From positions 11,023-75,022 of the forward strand of contig JBAYMO010000001.1 in the NCBI GenBank assembly GCA_041663485.1: 64,000 nucleotides of DNA, written 5' to 3'. Every line of letters begins with the position of its first letter. The stretch's first letter is position 1. The notes beneath the pieces were generated by a model. It searched no databases and was not told the origin of the DNA. It was given only the letters and a program-made list of their open reading frames with translations. The translations under genes and the position numbers were made by a program. The stretch is from Candidatus Buchananbacteria bacterium. GTDB lineage: Bacteria > Patescibacteriota > Patescibacteriia > Buchananbacterales > UBA6539. Positions 10,450-20,147 of this stretch are shown here, piece by piece.

Positions 10450-11257
10450 GATTTTGGTTTTTTACCACCGAAACAATGGTGAGACTATCCAATTTGACCA
10501 GGGATTGCAAATAAGCGGTTTGGAAAAAAGTGTTGGGCTCGGAAATAATTCGGCTGACTTTGCCGATAACCAAACCTCGAGGAATTTGCGCCTCTGTACC
10601 GGATGTAATAACCACGTCCCCTTCTTTAACTATTTCATTCTTGGGAATCAACTCCATCTTTAAACTTAAGCCATGTTCACCGGCCACCACGCCTCGACTG
10701 CTGCTTTCATTTAAAATTGTCGCTGCGATTTGACTGCGAGAATCACTAATAATAATCGCTTCAGAACTATTTTTTTTGGTATACAAAATTTTACCAACTA
10801 TAATACCGCTATCGCTGATCACCGGCAGACCAACCGCGACGCCGTCTGCTTCACCTTTATTCAAAATTATTGACTGGAGATTCGGCTCGGGATTTTTACC
10901 AATTACCATAGCCGGAATTGATTCAAGCGCGGCGGCCTGGGCAAATTTACATTGCTTGGCTTGTTCTAAATTTTCTTCCAATTTAACTTTTAGACCAGCA
11001 TTTTCCGTTGTTAGCTGGGTAACGGCTTGGTTTAATTTTTCGTTTTCCGACTTAATCTCTGAAACATTGAAACGACTAGAATATAAATCATTAATCCCTG
11101 AACCGAATAAATAGATTCTGGCCTGGAGTGGAGAAATAATTCTTATTAGTAAATTTTCCGCCGGAACAAGAATCGTCGTATAATGCAAAAAAATCAGCAG
11201 AATCGCCGCCGCCAATAATAAAATCGAAAGCTTAGTTTTTCGTAATAACTTAAACAT
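10442..11257 (-). CDS. mreC: Rod shape-determining protein MreC
   Basis: 271 aa; N-terminal TM helix, a coiled coil, and a beta-rich C-terminus. Located downstream of mreB. Confidence 0.8.
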   Translation of the reverse strand: MFKLLRKTKLSILLLAAAILLIFLHYTTILVPAENLLIRIISPLQARIYLFGSGINDLYSSRFNVSEIKSENEKLNQAVTQLTTENAGLKVKLEENLEQAKQCKFAQAAALESIPAMVIGKNPEPNLQSIILNKGEADGVAVGLPVISDSGIIVGKILYTKKNSSEAIIISDSRSQIAATILNESSSRGVVAGEHGLSLKMELIPKNEIVKEGDVVITSGTEAQIPRGLVIGKVSRIISEPNTFFQTAYLQSLVKLDSLTIVSVVKNQNHE

Positions 11258-11269
11258 ACCAGAAATATT

Positions 11270-12328
11270 CTAACGAGAAGTCTTTTCTTCTTTGGTTGAT
11301 GATGGTACCGCCACTTCGCGCAATAAATTGTCATCTTCTAAAATTAGCCCCATACCGCGCACGCAACAAGTCTGAGGATCTTCGACTACTTTAACCGGAA
11401 TATGAGTCGCTTCGGAAATTGTCTCGTTTAAACCGGCCAAAAGCGCACTACCACCGGCTAAAACCATACCCCGCTGATAAATATCGGCAACTAATTCCGG
11501 GGGCGTGATTTCTAAGGTGCTTTTAATACCATCAATAATTCCCGCAACGGAACGCTGCATGGCCTGATGAACCTGGTCAGGGCTGACAATTACTTCTTTG
11601 GGCAAACCCGACATTAAATCGCGACCGCGCATGTGAAGTTCGTAGGCTTGGTCGGAATTAGCCATTTGGCTGGCGCGAATTTTCAAATCTTCGGCCAAAC
11701 TTTCACCCACTAATAAATTATATTCGTTGCGCGCGAATTGAATTATGTCTTGATTTAGTTTATTGCCGGCGACTCTCAAAGATTTCCAAGCCACCACGCC
11801 GGATAAAGAAATGACGGCAATTTCAGTCAGGCCACCACCCAAATCAACAATCATATTGCCTGACGGATCCTGAATCGGCAGCCGCGCGCCAATGGCAGAC
11901 GCGATAATGTTTTCTACTAAATAAACTTCTCTGGCGCCAGCCGATAATACCACATCCTCAACGGCCTTTTTTTCTACTTCTGTCACATCAAGCGGCACGC
12001 CGATAACCACGCGCGGTCGCGGAGAAAGGCCGTGGCTTTGCTGATATAAACGATCAATAAAATATTTCAACATTTTTTCCGTCACTTCAAAATCGGAAAT
12101 AATACCATCAACCAAAGGTTTTGAAATAGTAATGTGCGGCGGAGTTTTACCCAGCATTTTTTGCGCTTCCTCACCAACAGCCAAAATTTGATCATTGCGA
12201 TTATTTAAAGCAACGATAGATGCTTCGCGAACGACTATCCCCCTATCTTTTACATAGATTAGAGTATTGGATGTACCTAAATCAATTCCAATGTCTTTTG
12301 AGAATTTCTTGAATAAATTGTTAAACAT
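11270..12328 (-). CDS. mreB: Rod shape-determining actin homolog MreB
   Basis: 352 aa with the actin-fold motifs IGIDLGTSNTLIYV and DLGGGLTEIAV. Confidence 0.9.
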   Translation of the reverse strand: MFNNLFKKFSKDIGIDLGTSNTLIYVKDRGIVVREASIVALNNRNDQILAVGEEAQKMLGKTPPHITISKPLVDGIISDFEVTEKMLKYFIDRLYQQSHGLSPRPRVVIGVPLDVTEVEKKAVEDVVLSAGAREVYLVENIIASAIGARLPIQDPSGNMIVDLGGGLTEIAVISLSGVVAWKSLRVAGNKLNQDIIQFARNEYNLLVGESLAEDLKIRASQMANSDQAYELHMRGRDLMSGLPKEVIVSPDQVHQAMQRSVAGIIDGIKSTLEITPPELVADIYQRGMVLAGGSALLAGLNETISEATHIPVKVVEDPQTCCVRGMGLILEDDNLLREVAVPSSTKEEKTSR

Positions 12329-12364
12329 ATTTTGGCTTATTTTAAACGTTTTAATTAATTACTG

Positions 12365-12393
12365 TTGACATGATATTGATAATATGTTATGAT
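12365..12393 (+). promoter_or_regulatory. Sigma70 promoter (TTGACA-17-TATGAT) driving the GC-rich RNA island
   Basis: ttgaca at 12365-12370, tatgat at 12388-12393, spacer exactly 17 nt. Confidence 0.6.
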
Positions 12394-12399
12394 TATTTT

Positions 12400-12850
12400 T
12401 GTTCTCAACTTAATGGTGAGTTTGAGAATAGAACCAAAGGGCCAACAACTAACAGAAGGGGTTGTATTAATGGCCGCGTTATCGAAACGCCAGGCAAAAA
12501 TCCTGGCACGTTCCAAGATGATTGGGGAAGGCCGGAAACCGGTTCAGCCGCGGCACCTACGCCTGCCGCGACAACAAAAAGTCTTCTCCAAGAAGGCTGA
12601 CCCCGAACGGGTGACGCCAGACGAAGGCGTCTTGGGCCTTGGAATATTCCCTGGCGGCAAATCGCGCGCGCAGATTGCAGCAGCGAGCTTCTACCTCGCC
12701 GCGGAAGGCCTGAAAGGGTCTATTCGAATGAAAGGCGAGGGGCGCTCGCGCCTCGTCACCATCCCCATCGCTGCCTAGCCAGCAGCGACGAGCTTAAAAG
12801 CTCACCCGGAGCCGATTGACTACCCTGTCCGTCGGCTCCTTTCCTTTTCC
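12400..12850 (+). ncRNA. Large structured ncRNA of about 440 nt, candidate RNase P RNA (bacterial type A-like, reduced)
   Basis: About 58% GC in an AT-rich genome. Upstream promoter; terminal hairpin ggagccga/tcggctcc followed by a T-run at 12808-12850. Tandem hairpins CCAGGCAAAAAUCCUGG and CCGGAAACCGG resemble P8 and P9. ACAACAAAAAG resembles CR-III. GGGUGAC followed by the hairpin GCCAGACGAAGGC resembles CR-IV. ACCCGG lies near the 3' end. CR-I and P4 are not cleanly recognisable. Confidence 0.45.
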
Positions 12851-12860
12851 AAAAATTCAA

Positions 12861-13235
12861 TTAGCCAAACAATTTCTGCCAAAAACCTTTTTTGTCTTCT
12901 TCTGTATTATTTACTTGAAGCTGATTATCCATTTGATTTTTAATCAAGCCTTCCAAACGTTGCGCTTCGCGTTCAACCACCGGCCCGTCATATTCGGCAC
13001 TGTGGGCGTGGGCGCCGGCATAGGAAGGTTTTTTTTGATCCAAATGTAAATTGATGCTGACGCGATTATCCCGATCCTGCTCAATATAGACATGATAGCG
13101 CGGATAGAATACCTCGCCTAATCTTTTTATGTAGCTGGTTTTACCAGTATTATAATCATTAAATTCATGATAGCCCGAGCGACGCATAAATAACGACAAA
13201 TTCTGGTGAAACTCAAAAGGTAAAATTATTTTCAT
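12861..13235 (-). CDS. Hypothetical protein
   Basis: 124 aa ORF with native AT-rich codon usage, immediately downstream of rseP. Confidence 0.4.
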   Translation of the reverse strand: MKIILPFEFHQNLSLFMRRSGYHEFNDYNTGKTSYIKRLGEVFYPRYHVYIEQDRDNRVSINLHLDQKKPSYAGAHAHSAEYDGPVVEREAQRLEGLIKNQMDNQLQVNNTEEDKKGFWQKLFG

Positions 13236-13245
13236 GATTTTTAGA

Positions 13246-14412
13246 TTAGAATAATCCTGTTATTTTTTGCCACCAATTCAAGAATCCCGATGAAACTCGG
13301 GCAATATCACGAAAGGTTACAAGAATTACCAGAATCATTAAAAAAGCAAAACCCAAATTATGCATCATAGCTTCTAGCTTTTGATTAACCGGTTTTCGTC
13401 TAATCGCTTCAATAATCAAGAAAAATACGCGGCCGCCATCAAGAGCCGGGAAAGGCAAAAAATTAATCACAGCAATAATAACCGATAAAACCGCGGTGAA
13501 TTGCAAAATATATAGAAATCCCATTCGCGCCGCATCGCCCACCAAAGACGCGATCCCCACCGGACCGTAGACTTCACCGATGACCTGATGAGAAACAATT
13601 AGGCTGGACAACATTACGTAGAATCCATATAAAACACTACCGATCATTTCAAAGGTTTCACCCAAACCATACCACCAGGCGACATACCACGGATAAGAAA
13701 CGAAGCCGGTTTGCACCAAGGCGACGCCAATGCCGCCTTTTTTGGTTTCATCCAAAACCAGCGGGGTTACCTCTTTTTGCATTTCACTTTGATCTCGTTT
13801 AATGGTAATTTTTATCGGCGCGCCAACCTTGCTGCTGACATATTCTTGCAATTCCTCAATTTTGGAAAATTTTGTGCTATCCATAGCCACGACGCTATCG
13901 CCAACTTGAATCTCAGCTTTAGCTGCGGGTGAGGCTGGAATCACTTCTACCACTTGAATCTTTAGCTCACTGACTCGCGCCAAAGCGGGCAATTCTTTTT
14001 CAATCGCTTGTGGCGAACCAAAAATTAAACCAATTGTAAGCAGCACGGCCGCCAAAACGAAATTCATAAATACCCCGGCCGAAACGATAATAATACGCTG
14101 CCAAACCTTTTTGGTCGCAAAACTGTCGGTGTCGATTTGGTTCTCCCCTTCTTCACCTTTAATTTTTACAAAGCCGCCCATAGGAATCCAGTTCAAAGAA
14201 TAGATAGTGTTTTTTGTTTCGATTTTTTTAGGACCAATAAATTTCAGCTTACCGGCTTCATCTCGATAAACTCCGCCGATGCGCGGCGGTAAACCCAAGC
14301 CGAATTCTTCGGCCTTAACGCCAAATCGTCGAGCGGTAAAAAAATGCCCCGCCTCATGGACTAGCACCAAAATGCTTAAAACGACAAAAAATGCGATCAG
14401 AGTAAAAATCAT
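13246..14412 (-). CDS. rseP: RseP-type site-2 zinc metalloprotease (HExxH motif, PDZ domain)
   Basis: 388 aa; LVHEAGHFF motif inside a TM helix. Confidence 0.85.
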   Translation of the reverse strand: MIFTLIAFFVVLSILVLVHEAGHFFTARRFGVKAEEFGLGLPPRIGGVYRDEAGKLKFIGPKKIETKNTIYSLNWIPMGGFVKIKGEEGENQIDTDSFATKKVWQRIIIVSAGVFMNFVLAAVLLTIGLIFGSPQAIEKELPALARVSELKIQVVEVIPASPAAKAEIQVGDSVVAMDSTKFSKIEELQEYVSSKVGAPIKITIKRDQSEMQKEVTPLVLDETKKGGIGVALVQTGFVSYPWYVAWWYGLGETFEMIGSVLYGFYVMLSSLIVSHQVIGEVYGPVGIASLVGDAARMGFLYILQFTAVLSVIIAVINFLPFPALDGGRVFFLIIEAIRRKPVNQKLEAMMHNLGFAFLMILVILVTFRDIARVSSGFLNWWQKITGLF

Positions 14413-14415
14413 AAT

Positions 14416-14967
14416 TTAGATGGTCATTATTTCATTTTCTTTTTTCTCGCCTAACTCATCGACTTTTTGTGTATATTCTTTCGATACTTCATCAAGTTTT
14501 TTTTGAATGGAAAATTTATCATCTTCGGTTATTTCTTTTTCTTTCTCCATTTTGCTGGCACTATCTCGCACCTTATCGCGAATTTGTCTAATGGTAATTC
14601 GTGCTTTTTCCATTTTTTCTTTGACTGATTTGACTAAATCCTTACGATTCTCTTCGGTCAATTGCGGAATGGTTAATCTTACCTGCTGACCTTCATTGAC
14701 CGGATTGATTCCAATGTTAGCCTGAATAATCGCTTTTTCAATTTCTTTGGACAAAGTTTTATCCCAGGGCTGAATCAAAATCGTCCGTGCTTCCGGCACG
14801 GCAATAGAAGCCATTTGCTTGATTGGCATTTTACTGCCATAAGCATCAACAATAATACCTTCCACCATCGCCGGGTTAGCTCGGCCGATACGCAGGGTAG
14901 CGAGTTCGCTTTTAAGTACGTCGATTGATTTCTCAAAATCCGGCTTACTTTGTTCGATTATTTGCAT
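14416..14967 (-). CDS. frr: Ribosome recycling factor
   Basis: 183 aa with the typical Frr sequence. Confidence 0.9.
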   Translation of the reverse strand: MQIIEQSKPDFEKSIDVLKSELATLRIGRANPAMVEGIIVDAYGSKMPIKQMASIAVPEARTILIQPWDKTLSKEIEKAIIQANIGINPVNEGQQVRLTIPQLTEENRKDLVKSVKEKMEKARITIRQIRDKVRDSASKMEKEKEITEDDKFSIQKKLDEVSKEYTQKVDELGEKKENEIMTI

Positions 14968-14993
14968 AAATATTTTTATTATTTATTATTAAA

Positions 14994-16046
14994 TTATTTT
15001 TTCGCGATAACGGAAAATCCCAAATAAATAATTTTTGGGTCGCTGGGGTCGATGAGCATAGCCGTACCGGCCGTATTGGTGGGCAAACGTTTGGTTACCC
15101 AGTTAACTCCCCCGTCAGTTGATTTATAGAAAGTCGTAGCGGTTGAATAATATATTTCTTGATTATTTTTTGGATTAACAGCCACAGAATAAATGTCCGT
15201 GGCGCCAGCCGGGGTAATCAATTTAATCGGTTCCCAATTCAAACCACCATCAGTGGTTTTTAATAAGCCATATTTAGCCGCTAAAATCAAAGAGTTAGGT
15301 TGGCTTAAATCAAAAATTAAACTTTTATACTCCAGCGCGCCCGAGAAGCTTTTTAGCTCATTATTAATATTGACCCAATTCAACCCAGCATTTTCGGCTT
15401 TAAAAATTCCCTTACTTTTAGTAGCAAAATAAATTGTTTGCGGGGAAAAAGGATCGACCATAATTTTGACAATTTGATCACCCACGCGGTTGATAGTTTG
15501 CCAGGTCGCACCGGCATCACTGGATTTTAATACCTCACCGGCATTGTTGCCGGCATAAATAATTTTGCTATCATCCAAGCCCACGGCCAAAGCGGTTACT
15601 AATTTTTCGGCTCGAGCATCAAGATAAGTTTCCGTCCAGCTGCGATTACAATCGCTTGATTTAATAATAGTATTATTATAAGTCGCGTAAATAGTGCAGC
15701 GATCTTTGGGATCAATGGCCACGGAATAAATCTTAGCATTACCGATACCATTAGCTTTCATCCAACTATCGGCTGAATCATAGCTGTAAAGCAAGCCGGC
15801 CGTGTCAGAATTAATATAAAGCGCTTTGCGATCACTGGGATCAAAGGTCAATCCAGAAACATTAACCCCACTAATTTGACCCACGCCTTTGGAATGTAAA
15901 AACAAATTTTTTGCTTGCCAGGTAACACCGGAATCAACGGATTTGTAGACCCCAGCCACAGTTGGCGTGTTACTACCGCCCAGCTGCAAAGTGCAACCAG
16001 ACAAAAGCATGGCGGCGAAAACAAAAATAATCAAACTTTTTTTCAT
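14994..16046 (-). CDS. Lipoprotein with BNR/Asp-box repeats (beta-propeller, Ycf48/sialidase-like)
   Basis: 350 aa; lipobox LLSGC and repeated SxDxGxTW motifs (SVDSGVTW, SSDAGATW, TTDGGLNW, STDGGVNW). Confidence 0.6.
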   Translation of the reverse strand: MKKSLIIFVFAAMLLSGCTLQLGGSNTPTVAGVYKSVDSGVTWQAKNLFLHSKGVGQISGVNVSGLTFDPSDRKALYINSDTAGLLYSYDSADSWMKANGIGNAKIYSVAIDPKDRCTIYATYNNTIIKSSDCNRSWTETYLDARAEKLVTALAVGLDDSKIIYAGNNAGEVLKSSDAGATWQTINRVGDQIVKIMVDPFSPQTIYFATKSKGIFKAENAGLNWVNINNELKSFSGALEYKSLIFDLSQPNSLILAAKYGLLKTTDGGLNWEPIKLITPAGATDIYSVAVNPKNNQEIYYSTATTFYKSTDGGVNWVTKRLPTNTAGTAMLIDPSDPKIIYLGFSVIAKK

Positions 16047-16056
16047 AAATTTTATT

Positions 16057-17076
16057 TCAAAAATTTAAGGCTAAATTTTCTAAAGTCAGTTTGGGATTAG
16101 CATTGGCATCTAAAAATCTTCTGGCATTGTCAATTTCAAAAATTAAACTAATAATTTTCTTAGGCTGATAAAGCTGGCTCAAGTCTTTTAACTCACTCAA
16201 AAAACTTTGATTACTAACTAAGCCTTCCAGACAACCCACGAGAGCCAAATCACGCAAAAATCTTTTCCAAAGAGAAAGTTCGATTTTAATATTATCTAAA
16301 TCACTGTCGGCCACTTCATTCATTATTTTAAATTTTTCATCCAAACTGCCGCGCATTAAACTGATCAAAATTTTATTTTTTTCTTTAAGTTCTTCATAGA
16401 CTTCCGGCTCCAAAAAATATTTAATCGCCAAGCCAGGACGACCAAAAGATAAAGCTGAAATCTTTTTAGCTTTTTTTCTTTCACATCCAAGTTCTATCAG
16501 ATGATTTTCAATTACTGGCTGGCTAACCGGTAAAAATTTGATAACCTGACAACGAGAAGCAATAGTCGATGGCAAGTCAGAAATGTTATTGGCCAACAAA
16601 ATAAGGACGGTTTGCGGTGCCGGTTCTTCCAAGGTTTTCAGTAATGAATTGGCCGAAGCATTATTTAAAGTTTGAGCCGACTCAATGATGGCGACCTTGT
16701 AGGTATTAAGAAAAGAACAAAGGCTCAATTTTTCCATCAGCTCTCTGGTCTGATCAACGCTGATATTTTTATTGAGTTTGCCAGAGTCGCCAGTTTGCCG
16801 TCGCAACCAATAAACGTCGGGGTGAATTTGATTATTTATTTGCTGGCAACATTCACAGCGACCACAGGGCACGAATTCTTCCTGATTATTTAAATGGCGA
16901 CAAACCAATGAGTTAGCTAAAAAATTTGCTACCGCTGTTTTGCCAATATTATCCGGCCCAACAAAAAGATAAGCATGCGCTATCTGACCCTTTTGCAATT
17001 CCTGCTGCAAAAAACTAATAATATTAGAATGGCCGATTACGGGCCACCTAAAACGGCTTTTTTCATCTTTTGACAT
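16057..17076 (-). CDS. holB: DNA polymerase III delta-prime subunit
   Basis: 339 aa; AAA+ P-loop variant FVGPDNIGKT and a Cys cluster typical of HolB. Confidence 0.75.
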   Translation of the reverse strand: MSKDEKSRFRWPVIGHSNIISFLQQELQKGQIAHAYLFVGPDNIGKTAVANFLANSLVCRHLNNQEEFVPCGRCECCQQINNQIHPDVYWLRRQTGDSGKLNKNISVDQTRELMEKLSLCSFLNTYKVAIIESAQTLNNASANSLLKTLEEPAPQTVLILLANNISDLPSTIASRCQVIKFLPVSQPVIENHLIELGCERKKAKKISALSFGRPGLAIKYFLEPEVYEELKEKNKILISLMRGSLDEKFKIMNEVADSDLDNIKIELSLWKRFLRDLALVGCLEGLVSNQSFLSELKDLSQLYQPKKIISLIFEIDNARRFLDANANPKLTLENLALNF

Positions 17077-17194
17077 GGTTATATTTTATCACAATCTAGG
17101 AATTTTACAAGTAAAATTAAGACACAGAATTAACAAAAAAACAAGAATCTAGTTATGCCTAAAAGCATAATATATTCTTGCAATATTTAATAAT

Positions 17195-18235
17195 TTATGG
17201 CCAGAGAGATTTGGCTTGATTCCAAATTTCTGGCCGGTTATTTTGCTTTAACCAGTACCAATACTCCACTCCCCAAAAATAAATTTTAGAAAAACCAGTC
17301 TTTTGGGCATAAATAACGTTATTCCTAAAGCGTTCAAGATTAAATGATTTCTCTTGTTCGGCTTGGGTCAATTCAATCATGCTCCGATTATACGTCCAGG
17401 GTTCCATCTGCATTTCCACTACAATAATATCTTTAAGATTTTTATGGAAAAATTTAGTTAAATCGGCTTTGACGTGATAATAAGCCGACGGTACAAAAAA
17501 ATAATCCAAAAAACCCATATACTTATTCCAAACAATCCGATACAAAGTCGTGCCTAGAATATCAGGCACAGACGCCGCGGTTTGCCAAGTTGACAACTCG
17601 CCACTGTCAGTAACAATGATCGGGTGTTTGACATCTAATGATTTAACCAGAGCCACTTCTTGTTTTAATAAAGGCAGACTGGGAGCTGGACACTGGCCAA
17701 AAAGCGTGAGTAATGGCTCATTCTCGACTTGCCAGGCCTCAAGCATAGAATTATTTTGATACCGTTCAACTGTTTTGTTTATAAAATTCATCTGGCGGCT
17801 GATTACTTCCGATTGATCCAGACCTTTGAGCCAATTTGGGTCATGGCACTCTGGCCAGCGCGGCGTTCGCCGACCAAGCACCATAATTATTTTCACCCCC
17901 CGATCCGAAGCCTGTCTAACCTGCCAATCCAAATCATTAAAGATGTATTGATCCGGTTCTTTTTCAATTTCATCCCAATAGGCCACTAAACGGACATGAT
18001 CCACTTTTAAATCTTGCAAAATCGCCAAATATGCCTCCTGCCAATTAAGCTTCAGCTCTTCGGCATATTTTTTGCTGAAAGTAACGCCAAAAACCGTTTC
18101 TTTGTTTTTAGAAAAATCCCAAAAGAATGAGGATAAAAAAATTAAAAATATTATTAAAAAAACTCCGGCTAAACTTAACCAGGTTATCATTTTTTTGGAT
18201 CCCATCCAACCGCTTTTATTCGCTTTCTTTAACAT
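17195..18235 (-). CDS. Membrane-anchored TIM-barrel glycoside hydrolase (clan GH-A, GH5-like)
   Basis: 346 aa; N-terminal TM helix, the acid/base motif WQVENEP, and a later TDSGE motif. Confidence 0.45.
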   Translation of the reverse strand: MLKKANKSGWMGSKKMITWLSLAGVFLIIFLIFLSSFFWDFSKNKETVFGVTFSKKYAEELKLNWQEAYLAILQDLKVDHVRLVAYWDEIEKEPDQYIFNDLDWQVRQASDRGVKIIMVLGRRTPRWPECHDPNWLKGLDQSEVISRQMNFINKTVERYQNNSMLEAWQVENEPLLTLFGQCPAPSLPLLKQEVALVKSLDVKHPIIVTDSGELSTWQTAASVPDILGTTLYRIVWNKYMGFLDYFFVPSAYYHVKADLTKFFHKNLKDIIVVEMQMEPWTYNRSMIELTQAEQEKSFNLERFRNNVIYAQKTGFSKIYFWGVEYWYWLKQNNRPEIWNQAKSLWP

Positions 18236-18310
18236 AATTATATTATATCATATTTTTTCTAACAAAAAAACACAAAAAAATCATTGATATCTTTGTGTTT
18301 TTATGATATT

Positions 18311-18430
18311 TTAGGCAATGTTTTTCTTGCCTCGGCGCAAATCCTTGGTTCTCTTAGCCAAAGCTCGGCCAACTTTCGTGTTCTTTTTAGAATGCTTAAT
18401 TCTTGCCTTCAAGGCGCTGTTTTGTCCCAT
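18311..18430 (-). CDS. Possible small basic, ribosomal-protein-like peptide (39 aa)
   Basis: Unlisted minus-strand ORF MGQNSALKARIKHSKKNTKVGRALAKRTKDLRRGKKNIA. No Shine-Dalgarno (SD) sequence seen. Confidence 0.2.
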   Translation of the reverse strand: MGQNSALKARIKHSKKNTKVGRALAKRTKDLRRGKKNIA

Positions 18431-18490
18431 AGTATTTTATTTTAAAATTAATTAATTATTAAATAAGCTATTTTATCTCATAACTTTTTT

Positions 18491-20137
18491 CTATTCCAGA
18501 CTAGAAGGCATACCAGCTTTATAAAAACCCCTTTTACTTTTAATATAATCAACGGCAAATAAATACCTCCCGGTTGTGTGATTTTTTTTGGCTTTTATGC
18601 TTCTTATACTAGTCGGCTCTTTTGGCGCAATTACTTTTGCGCCTAAAACTTCTGATAATTTCTGACCAATGCCATTCTCTGCTCCGGTTGAACATGAAGA
18701 CAAAATAATAGTCGGCATTTTTTCGAAAAATTTAGTGGCGCCAGCCGCGGTTTGACCAGTCAAATCATCTGTGGTTATGCTCCATCTCTCTTGTTCAGGC
18801 GAACCAGGCTTAAAAAAATTATAACGACCAAACTTAATACTATCTTTAGTGCCATGTCCGCCAATTATCGCTAAAGATATTTTGTGACCGGATTGGTCCG
18901 ACGAATTGTAGCGTCGATCAAATTTAATCAAAGTTCGAACAAAGTCTAATTTACCGGAGCATTCTGCCACCCGCAAACTTAAATCTTTCTCAACCTGATC
19001 ATACAAACTCTTTAAAACCTCGCAATCGTTGTAAAAGGCACCATTGTGATCGCTGCGCGGATAAATAATTACGCCATAAGGCTTATCTAGGCTGTCAGCT
19101 TCCTCATATTGCCTAATAAGTAAATCGTTCGGATACCGGGCAAAATCAGCAATATTAAACTCCTGATTCAAAAACTGGCAAACCCCAGGCTTGGTTTCCT
19201 CCAAAGCCCGAACGGCGTTCAAATTATTCCTTATTACCTCGGACAAATCACCACGCCGATCACTTAAATCCCAAGCCCGAAAAAAATCACGTCCCGACAA
19301 ATTATAATCAGAAAGGATATAATCAAGCTCTTCGATACCATTGGTCATTGCTTCACTTTGAAAAGCTTCCGAACGCTCGAAGAGCGAAGACGTTATTTCA
19401 GTATAATGCTCCCAAGCATCTATATATTCCACGTCAGTCGAATAATCATCTTCACCACCTGGCCGCAATCTTTTGGCCAAAAGACCAACTTCATTGGCCG
19501 CGGACTGGTACTTATACCCAAAACCGTATTTAAATACAGGCTTAATTATTTCGACCGCCTCATGCATCTTAGGAGTTAGCTCCTGAGACAGGTATCGTCT
19601 TATAAGCCCAAAATTGTCCGTCAACGCTTCGACACCAATGTCTGAGCGTTTTTCATTGGACCTGTCTTCAGCCACCTGATAATAAGCCTTCAGGACATTA
19701 AATTCATCAAAAATCTCTTGATTCGAAAGGGCAAAATCAATTTCCCCTCTCAGATCGACAATCATGTCTAAGGAAAAATCCTTAACTTTCTTCCAGTCAT
19801 CATCTTGCTCATGTAACTTACTACAATTGGCAAGACGAATTAGAATTTCTAAAATACGATTTCTGAATTCCGATCTGGCGTAACGTTTATCTTCATTGAA
19901 CCCAATAAAAATTTCGCGTACCTCCGATTGCCTGGACTCCAACTCGGCCATCAGGCCAGATAAAGACTGTAAATCTTCTTCACCATTATTGGCCAAACTA
20001 TCAATTTTATTCACCAATTCCGACCAACTATTTAAAGTCGCGCGGGCATCTTTTTTTTCCTTGGGTTTTGGCGACTGATCTTGCTTCTTAGCCTCAAATG
20101 TTTCTTGGGCTGTTAGTTCTTCGTAACGCTCTGCCAT
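18491..20137 (-). CDS. Large protein with a helical N-terminal region and a C-terminal caspase/CHAT-like (clan CD) putative peptidase domain
   Basis: 548 aa; IIGGHGT (His) and ILSSCSTGA (Cys) are 54 residues apart, as in clan CD peptidases. Its start is 10 nt downstream of the mreB paralog's stop. Confidence 0.45.
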   Translation of the reverse strand: MAERYEELTAQETFEAKKQDQSPKPKEKKDARATLNSWSELVNKIDSLANNGEEDLQSLSGLMAELESRQSEVREIFIGFNEDKRYARSEFRNRILEILIRLANCSKLHEQDDDWKKVKDFSLDMIVDLRGEIDFALSNQEIFDEFNVLKAYYQVAEDRSNEKRSDIGVEALTDNFGLIRRYLSQELTPKMHEAVEIIKPVFKYGFGYKYQSAANEVGLLAKRLRPGGEDDYSTDVEYIDAWEHYTEITSSLFERSEAFQSEAMTNGIEELDYILSDYNLSGRDFFRAWDLSDRRGDLSEVIRNNLNAVRALEETKPGVCQFLNQEFNIADFARYPNDLLIRQYEEADSLDKPYGVIIYPRSDHNGAFYNDCEVLKSLYDQVEKDLSLRVAECSGKLDFVRTLIKFDRRYNSSDQSGHKISLAIIGGHGTKDSIKFGRYNFFKPGSPEQERWSITTDDLTGQTAAGATKFFEKMPTIILSSCSTGAENGIGQKLSEVLGAKVIAPKEPTSIRSIKAKKNHTTGRYLFAVDYIKSKRGFYKAGMPSSLE

Positions 20138-20147
20138 ATGTGTTTAA

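Noticed and set aside
12389-12778. 129-aa plus-strand ORF (and several others) inside the GC-rich block at 12.4-12.8 kb, ending in ...IPIAA-stop, which superficially resembles a tmRNA tag
   Set aside because: The region has a promoter, no SD, and RNA-like hairpins throughout. High GC generates long spurious ORFs. No tRNA-like T-arm or acceptor end was found, so a tmRNA reading was not supported.
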